A stretch of DNA of 64,000 nucleotides, from the NCBI GenBank assembly GCA_963730185.1, contig CAVSQW010000015.1, positions 192,001-256,000 on the forward strand, given 5' to 3'. Positions 13,539 to 24,706 of this stretch are shown here, piece by piece; position 1 is the stretch's first letter; each line of letters opens with the position of its first letter. The DNA is from an uncultured Gemmatimonadales bacterium. Lineage in GTDB: Bacteria; Gemmatimonadota; Gemmatimonadetes; Gemmatimonadales; GWC2-71-9. The position numbers and the translations under genes were made by a program. The notes under the pieces were generated by a model. The model did not search any database. It had not been told where the DNA came from and saw only the letters and a list, made by a program, of their open reading frames with translations.

Positions 13539-15649
13539 CGGCGGGGACCGTCCGGCAGGAAGGTGCGGCGAGGGTGCCCGCTCCGGTCCATGGTCCGGCG
13601 CTCGCCGGTCCAGGGGCGCTCCACCAGCTGGCGCGGGGCTCCGGCCGACAGGGCCCGGAGGGCCGCGTTCAGGGTGTAGGGGTCGGCGCCGGCGTCGTTC
13701 ACCAGGTAGCCCTGGTCCCGGAGTGATGCCACCGTCACGGCGCTCAGCGGATTGAATCCGTCGTTCAGGTAGCCGGTCATCAGCTCGGAGCCGAGGATCG
13801 ACTCGCGCCAGTGCGAGTCCTGGGTGCCCGGCCCGCCGGTGTTCTCGACCGGCACGGTGTTACCGGCGTAGTTCCTGAAGTCGGCGGCGGCGAACGCGCC
13901 GCGGGCCGAGCCTCCGGTGAAGTAGGGGTCGCCGGTGCCCCCACCCACCAGGAGGTTCTGGTAGTCCCAGATCGAGCCGATCCCGAGGATGTGCCCCATC
14001 TCGTGGAGGACCACGCTCTCGAACTGGCCGGCGGCGATCAGCTGGTTCACGTCGGCGACGTCGAACTGCATCCGGCCGATGAAGGGGAGGAAACCGTCGT
14101 CGCGGGCCCAGCACCAGTAGGCGGACCCGAGGACCCCGCCAGGACCATCGATGGACTCGATGCTGGCGAAGATCAGGAGGTCGTCGATGGTCTCGTCGAT
14201 GTTCTGGCCTCCGCAGAAGCTCAGGTCGTCGTGGAAGGGGATGTCCTGCACGTCGCCGACGATCAGGCTCTCCCAACGCGCCGCCGCCGAGTCGAAGGCG
14301 GCCTTCTGGGCGGCGTTGGGTTGGGCCCCGATGAAGCGGACCTCGATGTGAAAGGCCGAGGGCGGCGGGGCGCTGGCGGTGGCGGTGAAGACCACGGGCG
14401 GGAGCCCGTCGGGCCGGGCCTCGACGGTCTGCACGGCCTCGGTGGGGCCCAGACGCCAGGCGCCTAACGCGGCCTCGCCCTGGAAGTCCGACACGGCCGA
14501 GCTCCGGGCCAGCGACCCGGCACCGGTAGTCACCAGGAACGACACCGGCGCGCCCGCCACCGGCCGGCCGCCGGCGTCGGTCAGCCGGATCCGGGGCATC
14601 TGGCCGGGGAAATTGCCGAGGAACCCGGCCTGCTGCACGACGGAGACGGGGGCCGCCTGGGCTGGGGTGGCCAGGACCCCGGTGGCCGTGATCAGGATCG
14701 GCGGAGTGCCCAGCACCTGGGCCTTGAGCTCGTTCGGGCCGGGAACGAGGCTGAGAACCCAGGTCGGAGCGACCGCCAATCCCGTGGGGTCGGTCTTGAC
14801 CGAGCCGCTCCCCACCAGCCTGCCGCCGTCCTGGACGGAGAACCCGACCGTGACGTCGGCCAGCGGGGCGCCCGAGTCGTCGACCGCCAGAATGGTGGGG
14901 GCCAAGGGGACCGCCGTGCCGGCATTGGCGGCCTGGTTATTGCCCGCCGCGATAGACGTGGCGGCGGGCGCCGAAAAGGCCGTGAACGTTGCTGTGGCTC
15001 CCGTGGCTGGCGCCACGGCCTTGACCTGGTAGACTCCGCTCTGGTTGGGGATCCGCCAGGAGGTGAGCCCGGCGGTGCCGGCCGCGTCCGTCGTCCGGCT
15101 GTCGCCCTCGAGGGTGGCCAGTCCGGCCGGATCGCTGAACTCGACGGCAGTGCCCTCGATCGGGTTGCCGAAGGCGTCGGACGCCCGGATGGTGGGCGGT
15201 GCCGCGACCGCTCGGCCGACGACCACGATCTGGTTGGCCGGCGTGGTCGGGCTCAGCAGCGCCAGCCGGCCGACGGTGACGGTGGCATGGGCCACCGCGG
15301 GCGCGACTCCGGCGACCGTGCCCGAGAGCGATTGGTCACCCAGGGTGCCGCCGACGGTCCAGGTCACGGACACGGAGCCGTCCGTCCGGGTGGTGTCGGA
15401 CCGGCGGCTCGGGAAGCCGGTCGCGTCGGCAAGGGTGAAAGTGACCTGGACGCCTGAGAGCGGCCCCTGCTGGTCCGACACCAGAAAGCGGACCGCGTTG
15501 GGCAGCGGCGTCCCGGCGGCGGCCGTCTGGCGATCGCCGGCGGCGACCACGATCTGGTTGGGCGTCCGGGCGGGCGGCGGCTCCTGCCCGCCGCAGGCGG
15601 CGAGCAGGGCAAGGAGGGGCGCTAGGCGATGGACCGGTTGGGCGGGCAT
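13535..15649 (-). CDS. Lipoprotein with tandem Ig-like domains and a C-terminal leishmanolysin (M8)-like zinc metalloprotease
   Basis: Lipobox LAAC; repeated G.G.V.F..TD..G.A..W units; HEMGHILG, SHWRE and ELMT (Met-turn) motifs. Confidence 0.8.
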   Translation of the reverse strand: MPAQPVHRLAPLLALLAACGGQEPPPARTPNQIVVAAGDRQTAAAGTPLPNAVRFLVSDQQGPLSGVQVTFTLADATGFPSRRSDTTRTDGSVSVTWTVGGTLGDQSLSGTVAGVAPAVAHATVTVGRLALLSPTTPANQIVVVGRAVAAPPTIRASDAFGNPIEGTAVEFSDPAGLATLEGDSRTTDAAGTAGLTSWRIPNQSGVYQVKAVAPATGATATFTAFSAPAATSIAAGNNQAANAGTAVPLAPTILAVDDSGAPLADVTVGFSVQDGGRLVGSGSVKTDPTGLAVAPTWVLSLVPGPNELKAQVLGTPPILITATGVLATPAQAAPVSVVQQAGFLGNFPGQMPRIRLTDAGGRPVAGAPVSFLVTTGAGSLARSSAVSDFQGEAALGAWRLGPTEAVQTVEARPDGLPPVVFTATASAPPPSAFHIEVRFIGAQPNAAQKAAFDSAAARWESLIVGDVQDIPFHDDLSFCGGQNIDETIDDLLIFASIESIDGPGGVLGSAYWCWARDDGFLPFIGRMQFDVADVNQLIAAGQFESVVLHEMGHILGIGSIWDYQNLLVGGGTGDPYFTGGSARGAFAAADFRNYAGNTVPVENTGGPGTQDSHWRESILGSELMTGYLNDGFNPLSAVTVASLRDQGYLVNDAGADPYTLNAALRALSAGAPRQLVERPWTGERRTMDRSGHPRRTFLPDGPRR

Positions 15650-15775
15650 GATCGGGAACGACCGGGTCACAGGTCCCTAACGATGGATGCAAAGGGGCCG
15701 TGATGCCAGCCCGCCCGCGAACGCGCTGGGTCGCGCGGGGGGATCGAGTTCGAGAGCCCGGAAGGGGTGCCCAGA

Positions 15776-16306
15776 ATGAAGCAGACGACGCTGGTGGCCA
15801 AGCCCGTGCTGGTCGCGGCCTACGTGGCCGCGATCCTGATTCTTGCCGACCAGGCGGCCGAGTTCATCGTCAGTGTCTACCCGCCCCGGCTCGGTGCGGT
15901 CGACTGGCGGTTCGCCGCGTACGGGCTCCTGATCGGTCGGACGACCGCCCTGGTCGTGGCCGACCTGCTCGTCCAGCTCGCGGCGGTCGGCCTCGGACAC
16001 CGTCGGGTCCTTCGCGCGTCGGTGGTGGCGCACGCCGTCGTCGGGCTCCTCCTCCTCCTCGGCCTGGCCGGATTCGCGCTGGATGCGCTCCAGCTCCGCC
16101 GCTCGCTCCAGCCCGGCGGGCCGGTGACGCTGGAGACCCTCGAGCTGGCGTCCGCCCAGGCCGCGGGGATCGTCGTGCTGGGCCTCGCCTACTGCGGGGT
16201 GGTGGCCGTCGCGGCCCGTCGCGCCGCTCAGGCCATGCCGAAGCCGATCTCCTCGGCGGTCGACCCCGTGCTGGTGGTGAATACCGGAGGCCGCCGCGAT
16301 GGATGA
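15776..16306 (+). CDS. Hypothetical membrane protein (~4 TM)
   Basis: Hydrophobic segments; its end overlaps the start of the next ORF. Confidence 0.65.
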   Translation: MKQTTLVAKPVLVAAYVAAILILADQAAEFIVSVYPPRLGAVDWRFAAYGLLIGRTTALVVADLLVQLAAVGLGHRRVLRASVVAHAVVGLLLLLGLAGFALDALQLRRSLQPGGPVTLETLELASAQAAGIVVLGLAYCGVVAVAARRAAQAMPKPISSAVDPVLVVNTGGRRDG

Positions 16307-16769
16307 GGTCTTGGCGTCGCCGCACCGGCCGTTCGCCGGCCCGGTGGCCGCCGTCGCGGTCGCCGGCGGGGTGATGATCCTGGCCGACCAGCTGTTCCAG
16401 GTGGCCGTGACACTGGGAGGCGTCGACCTCGCGGTGCCGGCGTGGCGGGTGCAGGCCGCCCTCCTGGTGGGGAGCCGGGTGGCCGGTCTGGTGCTCAGCC
16501 CCCTCCTGCTGGTGATCGGGTGCCGACTCGTCGCGGGCGTGTGGGGGCTCCGGGCGGCCCAGGGGCTGATCGTCGTCCTCGCCGTGGCGGCGCTCGCCGC
16601 CGCCATCTCGATCGTCTGGGACGGTGCCGAGGTGGTGTCGCTGGTGGCTCGGGACCAGCTGGGCCAGTTCGTGGGAGACCGGATTCGGGCTTTGATCGGG
16701 TCGCTGCTGGGGCTGATCGGGCTCGGGGTAGTCGGCTGGGCCTCCCGCTCCCCCCAACCGCATTCTTGA
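16299..16769 (+). CDS. Hypothetical membrane protein, paralog of the upstream gene
   Basis: Shares the ILADQ..V....D/L...WR pattern with the upstream ORF; GGAGG upstream. Confidence 0.65.
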   Translation: MDEVLASPHRPFAGPVAAVAVAGGVMILADQLFQVAVTLGGVDLAVPAWRVQAALLVGSRVAGLVLSPLLLVIGCRLVAGVWGLRAAQGLIVVLAVAALAAAISIVWDGAEVVSLVARDQLGQFVGDRIRALIGSLLGLIGLGVVGWASRSPQPHS

Positions 16770-16794
16770 CCGTCGTTTAGGCGAAGGCTATAAT
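16766..16794 (+). promoter_or_regulatory. sigma70 promoter of rpsL-rpsG
   Basis: TTGACC-17 nt-TATAAT, ending 92 nt before the rpsL ATG. Confidence 0.88.
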
Positions 16795-16886
16795 CCACGG
16801 CTCCCGGTTTTTCTGGCCGGGGTATCAGTGTGCTTGGCCTCTCGGGCCGGGCCAGCATCACAGAGAGCGGGAAACTCGGGACGGGA

Positions 16887-17270
16887 ATGCCGACGATCAA
16901 TCAATTGGTACGCAAGGGACGGAAGGCGGCCGCGACGAAAGACAAGTCGCCTGCGCTGGCCCGCAATCCGTTCCGACGGGGTGTGTGCACTCGGGTTTAC
17001 ACCGTCACCCCCAAGAAGCCGAACTCGGCGCTTCGGAAGGTCGCGAAGGTCCGGCTGGTGAACGGCTTCGAGGTCATCGCGTACATCCCGGGTGAGGGGC
17101 ACAATCTGCAGGAGCACTCGATCGTGCTGATCCGGGGCGGCCGGGTGAAGGACTTGCCCGGCGTGCGCTACCATATCGTGCGCGGGACGCTCGACGCGGC
17201 CGGGGTCAACGGTCGCCGGCAGAGCCGGTCCAAGTACGGGGCCAAGGCGCCGAAGGACGGTGCCAAGTGA
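16887..17270 (+). CDS. rpsL: 30S ribosomal protein S12
   Basis: [31 protein letters not shown]. Confidence 0.99.
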   Translation: MPTINQLVRKGRKAAATKDKSPALARNPFRRGVCTRVYTVTPKKPNSALRKVAKVRLVNGFEVIAYIPGEGHNLQEHSIVLIRGGRVKDLPGVRYHIVRGTLDAAGVNGRRQSRSKYGAKAPKDGAK

Positions 17271-17737
17271 GTCGCCGGAACAAGGCCATCAAGCGGCCGG
17301 TGCCGCCCGATCCGCGGTACGACAGCCAGACGGTCTCCAAGTTCGTGAACTCGCTCATGTACGAGGGCAAGAAGAGTCTCGCCGAGCGGGTGTTCTATCA
17401 GGCGATGGACCTGATCGAGGAGCGGACCGGGCAGCCGGGCGTGACCGTGTTCAAGCAGGCGGTCTCGAACGCCAAGCCGGCGGTCGAGGTCAAGAGCCGC
17501 CGGGTGGGCGGCGCCTCGCTCCAGGTGCCGGTCGAAGTGCGTCCCGAGCGGCGGACCTCGCTGGCCATGCGGTGGCTGATCCAGTACGCCAGGGCCCGGA
17601 GCGAGAAGTCGATGTCCGAGCGGCTGGCCGCCGAGCTGATCCTGGCCTCGAAGGGCGAGGGCAACACGATCAAGAAGAAGGAAGACACCCACAAGATGGC
17701 CGAGGCGAACCGCGCTTTCGCGCACTATCGCTGGTAG
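17267..17737 (+). CDS. rpsG: 30S ribosomal protein S7
   Basis: [24 protein letters not shown]. Confidence 0.99.
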   Translation: MSRRNKAIKRPVPPDPRYDSQTVSKFVNSLMYEGKKSLAERVFYQAMDLIEERTGQPGVTVFKQAVSNAKPAVEVKSRRVGGASLQVPVEVRPERRTSLAMRWLIQYARARSEKSMSERLAAELILASKGEGNTIKKKEDTHKMAEANRAFAHYRW

Positions 17738-17756
17738 CCTTCGGTCGGTGGGATGG

Positions 17757-17797
17757 AACCGGGCTCCGGGCGGTCGGCGGGAGCCCGGTTTCCGTTT
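17757..17797 (+). terminator. Probable intrinsic terminator after rpsG
   Basis: AACCGGGCTCC...GGAGCCCGGTT 11-bp stem followed by TCCGTTT. Confidence 0.65.
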
Positions 17798-17804
17798 CGG
17801 TCAC

Positions 17805-17833
17805 TTGACCGAAGTCCAAGTGTAGAATAGCTT
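17805..17833 (+). promoter_or_regulatory. Putative sigma70 promoter for fusA-tuf-S10
   Basis: TTGACC-17 nt-TAGCTT; the -35 overlaps the palindrome TTCGGTCA-CT-TGACCGAA (17796-17813). Confidence 0.6.
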
Positions 17834-17837
17834 TTTG

Positions 17838-18030
17838 GGCTCCCGATCTTGGCGCATCGGGAAGGCAGGGCCGCGTGACGGGAGCTTCCGCCACCTCCGG
17901 CTCGGCGAACAAGCCAAGGGCCGCCCCAAGGGCGCCCCCTCCCAACGGCCGGAGCCAGGGCCGAGGAGGCGTGCGGAGCGATACCGCGGGACCGAGGGGT
18001 CCCGGACCGGTCGCCCCGCTTTTCTGTTGG
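17838..18030 (+). ncRNA. Candidate structured 5' leader RNA of fusA
   Basis: Several hand-found stems and a final GC stem followed by TTTTCTGTT; no family recognised. Confidence 0.4.
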
Positions 18031-18069
18031 GACGGGACGCTTTCGCGAGACGGGACAGACGGACGGAAC

Positions 18070-20167
18070 ATGGCTAGAGAGACACCGCTCGAACGCTATC
18101 GGAACATCGGCATCATGGCGCACATCGATGCCGGCAAGACGACGACGACCGAGCGCATCCTCTATTACACGGGGAAGAACTACAAGATGGGCGAGGTCCA
18201 TGATGGCGCGGCCACCATGGACTGGATGGAGCAGGAGCAGGAGCGGGGCATCACCATCACCTCGGCCGCGACCACCTGCTTCTGGGTTCGGAACGACACC
18301 CCGTTTCGGATCAACATCATCGACACGCCCGGCCACGTGGACTTCACCGCCGAGGTCGAGCGCTCTCTGCGGGTGCTCGACGGGGCGGTGACCTTGCTCG
18401 ACTCGGTGGCCGGCGTCGAGCCGCAGACCGAGACGGTCTGGCGTCAGGCCGACCGCTACGGCGTGCCCCGGATCATCTTCGCGAACAAGATGGACCGGGT
18501 CGGCGCCGATTTCTATCGCTGCGTCGACATGATCCGGGCGCGGCTCACCCGGAAGGCCTTCCCGATCCAGCTGCCGGTCGGCTCGGGAGAGACCTTCACC
18601 GGGCACATCGATCTGCTCCGGCAGGTCGAGCGCGTCTTCGACGACGCCACGATGGGCAGGAACTTCACCGAGATGCCGGTGCCCGAGGCGCTCAAGGCGG
18701 ACGTGGAGAAGTGGCGGCACGATCTGATCGAGGCCGCGATCGAGCACGAGGAGGATCTGCTCGAGAAGTACTTCGCGGGCGAGGAGCTGACCGAGGCCGA
18801 GATCCAGGGGGCAATCCGCCGGGCGACCTGCAACGGTTGGATCGTGCCGGTGCTCTGCGGCGCCTCGTTCAAGAACAAGGGCGTGCAGTCGCTGCTCGAC
18901 GCTGTCATCGATTACCTGCCGAGTCCGATCGACGTGCCGCCGATCAAGGGGCATCTTCCCTTGCACGACGACACCCAGGTCGAGCGGAAGGCGGGCGACG
19001 AGGAGCCGTTCTCGGCCCTGGCGTTCAAGGTGGCGACCGATCCCTTCGTCGGGACGGCTCACCTTTTTCCGAGTCTATTCCGGGTCGGTCAGGGCGGGGA
19101 GCTACGTCTACAACAGCTCCAAGGACAAGCGGGAGCGGGTCGGGCGGCTGTTGCAGATGCACGCCAACAAGCGGGAGGAGATCGAGGAGGTCATGGCCGG
19201 CGACATCGCCGCCGCCATCGGCCTCAAGGACACCCGCACCGGCGACACGCTGTCCGACGAGGCCAAGCCGGTCATTCTCGAGGCCATGCGGTTCCCGAAC
19301 CCGGTCATCGACGTCGCGATCGAGCCCAAGACCAAGGCCGATCAGGACAAGATGGGCATCGCCCTCCAGAAGCTCGCCGAAGAAGATCCCACTTTCCAAG
19401 TCCGCTCCGACGCCGAGACCGGCCAGACGATCATCGCCGGCATGGGCGAGCTCCATCTGGAGATCATCGTCGATCGGATGAAGCGGGAGTTCAAGGTCGA
19501 GGCCAACGTGGGACGCCCGCAGGTGGCCTACCGCGAGACGGTCATGAAGAAGGTCACCCAGGTGGAGGGCCGGTTCATCCGCCAGTCTGGTGGTAAGGGG
19601 CAGTACGGCCACGTGGTGATCGACCTCGAGCCGGCCGAGGCGGGCTCCGGGTTCCACTTCGAGGACAAGATCGTGGGCGGCGTGATCCCGCGGGAATTCA
19701 TCAAGCCGGTCGAGGCGGGCATCAAGGAAGCCCTCGAGAACGGCGTGCTGGCGGGCTATCCGGTGGTCGACGTGAAGGTGTCGCTGGTGTTCGGCAGCTA
19801 CCATGACGTGGACTCGTCGGAAATGGCGTTCAAGATCGCGGGCTCGATGGCCTTCAAGGAGGCGGCGAGGAAGGCCCACCCGATCATCCTCGAGCCGATC
19901 ATGGAGGTCGAGGTCGTGACCCCGGCCGACTATCTCGGCGACGTGATCGGCGATCTCTCCAGCCGCCGCGGCAAGATCGGCGGGATGACCCAGCGGGGCG
20001 AGGCCCAGGTGGTCGCGGCCGACGTGCCGCTATCGGAGATGTTCGGCTACTCCACCACGCTGCGGAGCACCAGCCAGGGTCGAGCGGTGTACTCGATGCA
20101 GTTCGACCACTACGAGCAGGTGCCGAAGCAGGTGGAAGAGCAGATCGTCGCCAAGACGAAGAAGTAG
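18070..20167 (+). CDS. fusA: Elongation factor G (apparent +1 indel near 19052)
   Basis: [38 protein letters not shown]; removing one G in GTCGGGACGG restores [14 protein letters not shown]. Confidence 0.97.
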
Positions 20168-20240
20168 GACGGGACGGGGGACGGGCTGAGTCGACCCGTC
20201 GCTGAGGACTGAAAGATCAAACCCTGAGCGGAGCTCCGAG

Positions 20241-21439
<1,199 letters not shown>

Positions 21440-21447
21440 TGCGGTCG

Positions 21448-21471
21448 GACGGACTGACGGACTGACGGACT
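21448..21471 (+). repeat. Tandem octamer (GACGGACT)x3 between tuf and rpsJ
   Basis: Three exact copies read directly. Confidence 0.85.
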
Positions 21472-21485
21472 AAAGAGAGCGATTC

Positions 21486-21794
21486 ATGGCGAGTAAGATT
21501 CGAATCCGCCTCAAGGCGTTCGACCACGTGGTCCTCGACCAGGCGGCCGGCGACATCGCCCGAGCGGTCGAGAAGACGGGGGCCCAGGTGGCCGGGCCGA
21601 TTCCACTGCCCTGTAAGATCGAGCGGTGGACGGTGCTCCGGAGCCCGCACATCGACAAGAAGAGCCGGGAGCAGTTCGAGCTCCGGACGCACAAGCGATT
21701 GCTGGACATCAACGATTCGCGCCCCCAGACGATGGACGCGCTGACGAAGCTCGATTTGCCGGCTGGCGTGGACGTCGAGATCAAGGTCGAGTAG
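21486..21794 (+). CDS. rpsJ: 30S ribosomal protein S10
   Basis: [25 protein letters not shown]. Confidence 0.99.
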   Translation: MASKIRIRLKAFDHVVLDQAAGDIARAVEKTGAQVAGPIPLPCKIERWTVLRSPHIDKKSREQFELRTHKRLLDINDSRPQTMDALTKLDLPAGVDVEIKVE

Positions 21795-21796
21795 CG

Positions 21797-22423
21797 ATGA
21801 CGGCTGGACTGATTGGACGCAAGGTGGGCATGACGCGGGTGTTCGCCGAGGACGGCGTCGCGGTGCCGGTGACCGTCGTCGAGGCGGGCCCCTGCCGGGT
21901 GCTCCAGGTGCGAGACGGCGGGGTGCAGATCGGCTACGGGGCCAAGCGGGCATCGCGGGCGCCCAAGGCCGAGGTGGGCCACGCCAAGGTGGCGGGAGTC
22001 GAGACCGCGCCCGAGGTGGTGCGGACGATCCCCCTCAACGGACCCGAGACGCCCAAGCCGGGCGATACCCTCACCGTCCAGATCTTCGCCGAGGGCGAGA
22101 TGGTGAAGGTCACGGGGCGCTCCAAAGGCCGCGGGTTCCAAGGCGTCGTGCACCGGTACGGGTCCGGCGGTGGACCCGCGTCCCACGGCAACACCCGTCA
22201 CCGGAAGCCCGGGTCGATCGGCGCCGGGACGGATCCGTCGCGGGTGATCAAGGGCAAGCGGATGCCCGGACACATGGGCGACCGGCGTCACACCGAGCTC
22301 GGGCTTCGGATCGTCCGGGTCGACGCCGAGCGGAATCTGCTCTTCATTCGGGGCGCGGTCCCCGGGGCGCGGAACGGCATCGTGTTGGTCGCGAAGCAGG
22401 GAGGAAAGAGCCGCCATGATTGA
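21797..22423 (+). CDS. rplC: 50S ribosomal protein L3
   Basis: GLIGRKVGMTRVF, SKGRGFQG, KGKRMPGHMG. Confidence 0.98.
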   Translation: MTAGLIGRKVGMTRVFAEDGVAVPVTVVEAGPCRVLQVRDGGVQIGYGAKRASRAPKAEVGHAKVAGVETAPEVVRTIPLNGPETPKPGDTLTVQIFAEGEMVKVTGRSKGRGFQGVVHRYGSGGGPASHGNTRHRKPGSIGAGTDPSRVIKGKRMPGHMGDRRHTELGLRIVRVDAERNLLFIRGAVPGARNGIVLVAKQGGKSRHD

Positions 22424-23237
22424 GGCTCCGCATTACAGCCCGACCGGGGCGAAGCACAAGGGCGGCTTCGCGCTGCCGGACGACTACTTCGACGGGACGG
22501 TCAACGAGCCGGTCTTGCACCAGGCGGTCAAGGCGTTCCTGGCCAACCAGCGGCAGGGCACCCACGCCACCAAGACCCGGGGGTTCGTCACCGGTGGCAA
22601 CCAGAAGCCCTGGCGCCAGAAGGGCACTGGCCGGGCCCGGCAGGGATCGATCCGGGCTCCGAATTGGCCGGGCGGTGGCACCGTGTTCGGCCCCCATCCT
22701 CGCGACTACCGCCAGGATCTGCCGAAGAAGGTCAAGCAGCTGGCTCGGCGCTCGGCGCTCAACGCCCGGGCGCGTGAGGGCTCGCTCTGGGTGATTGACG
22801 TCGTGGAGTTCGACGCTCCCAAGACGGCCCGGTTCGCCGAGCTGTTGGAGAAGATGGGACTCACCGGCAAGAAGGTCGTGGTGCTGACCCACGGCGCCAA
22901 GCCAAACGTGTATCTCAGCGCCCGGAACGTTCCCCGGGTCGAGGTGAAGCCGTACGCCGAGGTGTCGGCCTACGAGATCATCTGGTCGGACGCGCTGGTG
23001 GTGGAGCAGGGCGCGATCACCGGTGAGCCGGTGACGGGGCCCCCCGAGGGCGAGGCGCCGACCCCGAAGCGACCGGCCAAGAAGGCCGCCGCTCGGCCCA
23101 AGACGCCGGCCAAGCCGCGAGCCACCAAGCAGGCGGCGGCGAAGAAGGCCGCCGCGAAAAAGGCGCCCGCCAAGAAGGCGCCGGCCAAGAAGGCGGCCGC
23201 CAAGAAGGCCGCGCCCAAGAAGAAGGGGAGTGAGTGA
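22416..23237 (+). CDS. rplD: 50S ribosomal protein L4 with Lys/Ala/Pro-rich C-terminal tail
   Basis: KPWRQKGTGRARQGS, GGGTVFGP; tail of AAKK/PAKK repeats. Confidence 0.98.
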   Translation: MIEAPHYSPTGAKHKGGFALPDDYFDGTVNEPVLHQAVKAFLANQRQGTHATKTRGFVTGGNQKPWRQKGTGRARQGSIRAPNWPGGGTVFGPHPRDYRQDLPKKVKQLARRSALNARAREGSLWVIDVVEFDAPKTARFAELLEKMGLTGKKVVVLTHGAKPNVYLSARNVPRVEVKPYAEVSAYEIIWSDALVVEQGAITGEPVTGPPEGEAPTPKRPAKKAAARPKTPAKPRATKQAAAKKAAAKKAPAKKAPAKKAAAKKAAPKKKGSE

Positions 23238-23524
23238 TGCCGGCGCTCCAGGACATCGTGGTCAAGCCGTTGGTGACCGAGAAGAGCTCGGCGGCCTACC
23301 AGAACCGCAAGGAGTACGCGTTTCGGGTCCACCCGCTGGCGACCAAGCGGGACATCCGCGAGGCGCTTCACAAGCTGTTCGGGGTGACCGTGACCAAGGT
23401 TCGCACCCTCCAGGTGCGGCGCCAGGAGGTGACCCGGGGGCGGACCCGGGGGCGCTCCGCGGCCTGGAAGAAGGCGTTCGTGACTCTGAAGGACGGCGAC
23501 TCGATCGCCGTATTCGAGGGCTGA
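23237..23524 (+). CDS. rplW: 50S ribosomal protein L23
   Basis: [16 protein letters not shown]. Confidence 0.97.
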   Translation: MPALQDIVVKPLVTEKSSAAYQNRKEYAFRVHPLATKRDIREALHKLFGVTVTKVRTLQVRRQEVTRGRTRGRSAAWKKAFVTLKDGDSIAVFEG

Positions 23525-23525
23525 G

Positions 23526-24377
23526 ATGGCGATTCGACAGTATCGTCCGACCTCGGCGGGCACCCGGTTCCGGTCGGTGGCCAGCTTTGAGGAGATCACC
23601 CGGAACACGCCGGAGAAGTCGCTGCTCGAGCCACTTCGGAAGAGTGGCGGGCGGAACAACCAGGGCCATGTCACCACCCGAGCGCGGGGCGGCGGGCACC
23701 GGCGTCATTACCGGCTGGTGGACTTCCGCCGGGAGAAGTTCGGCATCCCGGCCCGGGTGGCGGAGATCGAATACGATCCGAACCGGAGCGCGCGAGTGGC
23801 GCTGCTGGTGTACGCCGACGGCGAGAAGCGCTACATCCTCCACCCGAACGGCTTGAAGCAGGGTGACACGGTGGTGTCCGGTCCCGGCGCCGATACCCGG
23901 CTCGGGAACGCCCTGCCGCTGAGCGAGATCCCCCTGGGCACCAACGTGCACAACGTGGAGCTCAAGATCGGCGGCGGTGGCCGGATGGCTCGGGCCGCCG
24001 GTCAGTACGCTCAGGTGATGGCGCGCGAGGGCAAGTACGTGACCCTCCGGCTCAAGTCGGGCGAGATGCGGATGGTGCACGCCCGGTGCCTGGCCACGGT
24101 CGGCGAGGTTGGGAACTCGGAGCACGAGCTCCAGAAGGTGGGCAAGGCGGGGAAGACGCGCTGGCTGGGGCGGCGCTCGAAGGTCCGGGGCGTGGCTAAG
24201 AACCCGGTCGACCACCCGCTGGGCGGCGGTGAGGGCAAGAGCTCGGGCGGGCGGCCGGCGTGCACGCCGTGGGGCAAGCCCGAGGGGATCAAGACGCGCC
24301 ATCGGAAGAAAGCGACCAACCGCCTGATCGTGCGGGGCCGCAAGCGCGGCAAGGCCACGGGCGGCGGGAACAAGTAG
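23526..24377 (+). CDS. rplB: 50S ribosomal protein L2
   Basis: [28 protein letters not shown]. Confidence 0.99.
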   Translation: MAIRQYRPTSAGTRFRSVASFEEITRNTPEKSLLEPLRKSGGRNNQGHVTTRARGGGHRRHYRLVDFRREKFGIPARVAEIEYDPNRSARVALLVYADGEKRYILHPNGLKQGDTVVSGPGADTRLGNALPLSEIPLGTNVHNVELKIGGGGRMARAAGQYAQVMAREGKYVTLRLKSGEMRMVHARCLATVGEVGNSEHELQKVGKAGKTRWLGRRSKVRGVAKNPVDHPLGGGEGKSSGGRPACTPWGKPEGIKTRHRKKATNRLIVRGRKRGKATGGGNK

Positions 24378-24413
24378 CGTCGATTACGAGTCACCGACGA
24401 CGGACGAGCTGAC

Positions 24414-24704
24414 ATGGGTCGAAGCATCAAGAAGGGACCGTTCGTTCAAGAGGCTCTGCTCCGCAAGGTGCAGGTCCTGAACGGCAAGAACCAGAAGCAG
24501 GTCGTGAAGACCTGGAGCCGGGCCAGCACGATCCTGCCCGAGTTCGTGGGCCACACGTTCGCGGTGCACAACGGCAACAAGTTCGTGCCGGTGTACGTGA
24601 CCGAGAACATGGTGGGCCACAAGCTGGGTGAGTTCTCGCCGACCCGGATCTTCAAGGGCCACAGCGGCAAGCTGGTGGCCGACAAGAAGGGCAAGCCGGA
24701 GTGA
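24414..24704 (+). CDS. rpsS: 30S ribosomal protein S19
   Basis: [20 protein letters not shown]. Confidence 0.99.
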   Translation: MGRSIKKGPFVQEALLRKVQVLNGKNQKQVVKTWSRASTILPEFVGHTFAVHNGNKFVPVYVTENMVGHKLGEFSPTRIFKGHSGKLVADKKGKPE

Positions 24705-24706
24705 CC

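Noticed and set aside
17838..18030. SRP RNA, 6S RNA, tRNA or a known riboswitch
   Set aside because: No SRP GGAA/AGCAG motif, cloverleaf or known aptamer consensus was recognised by eye; kept only as an unclassified leader candidate.
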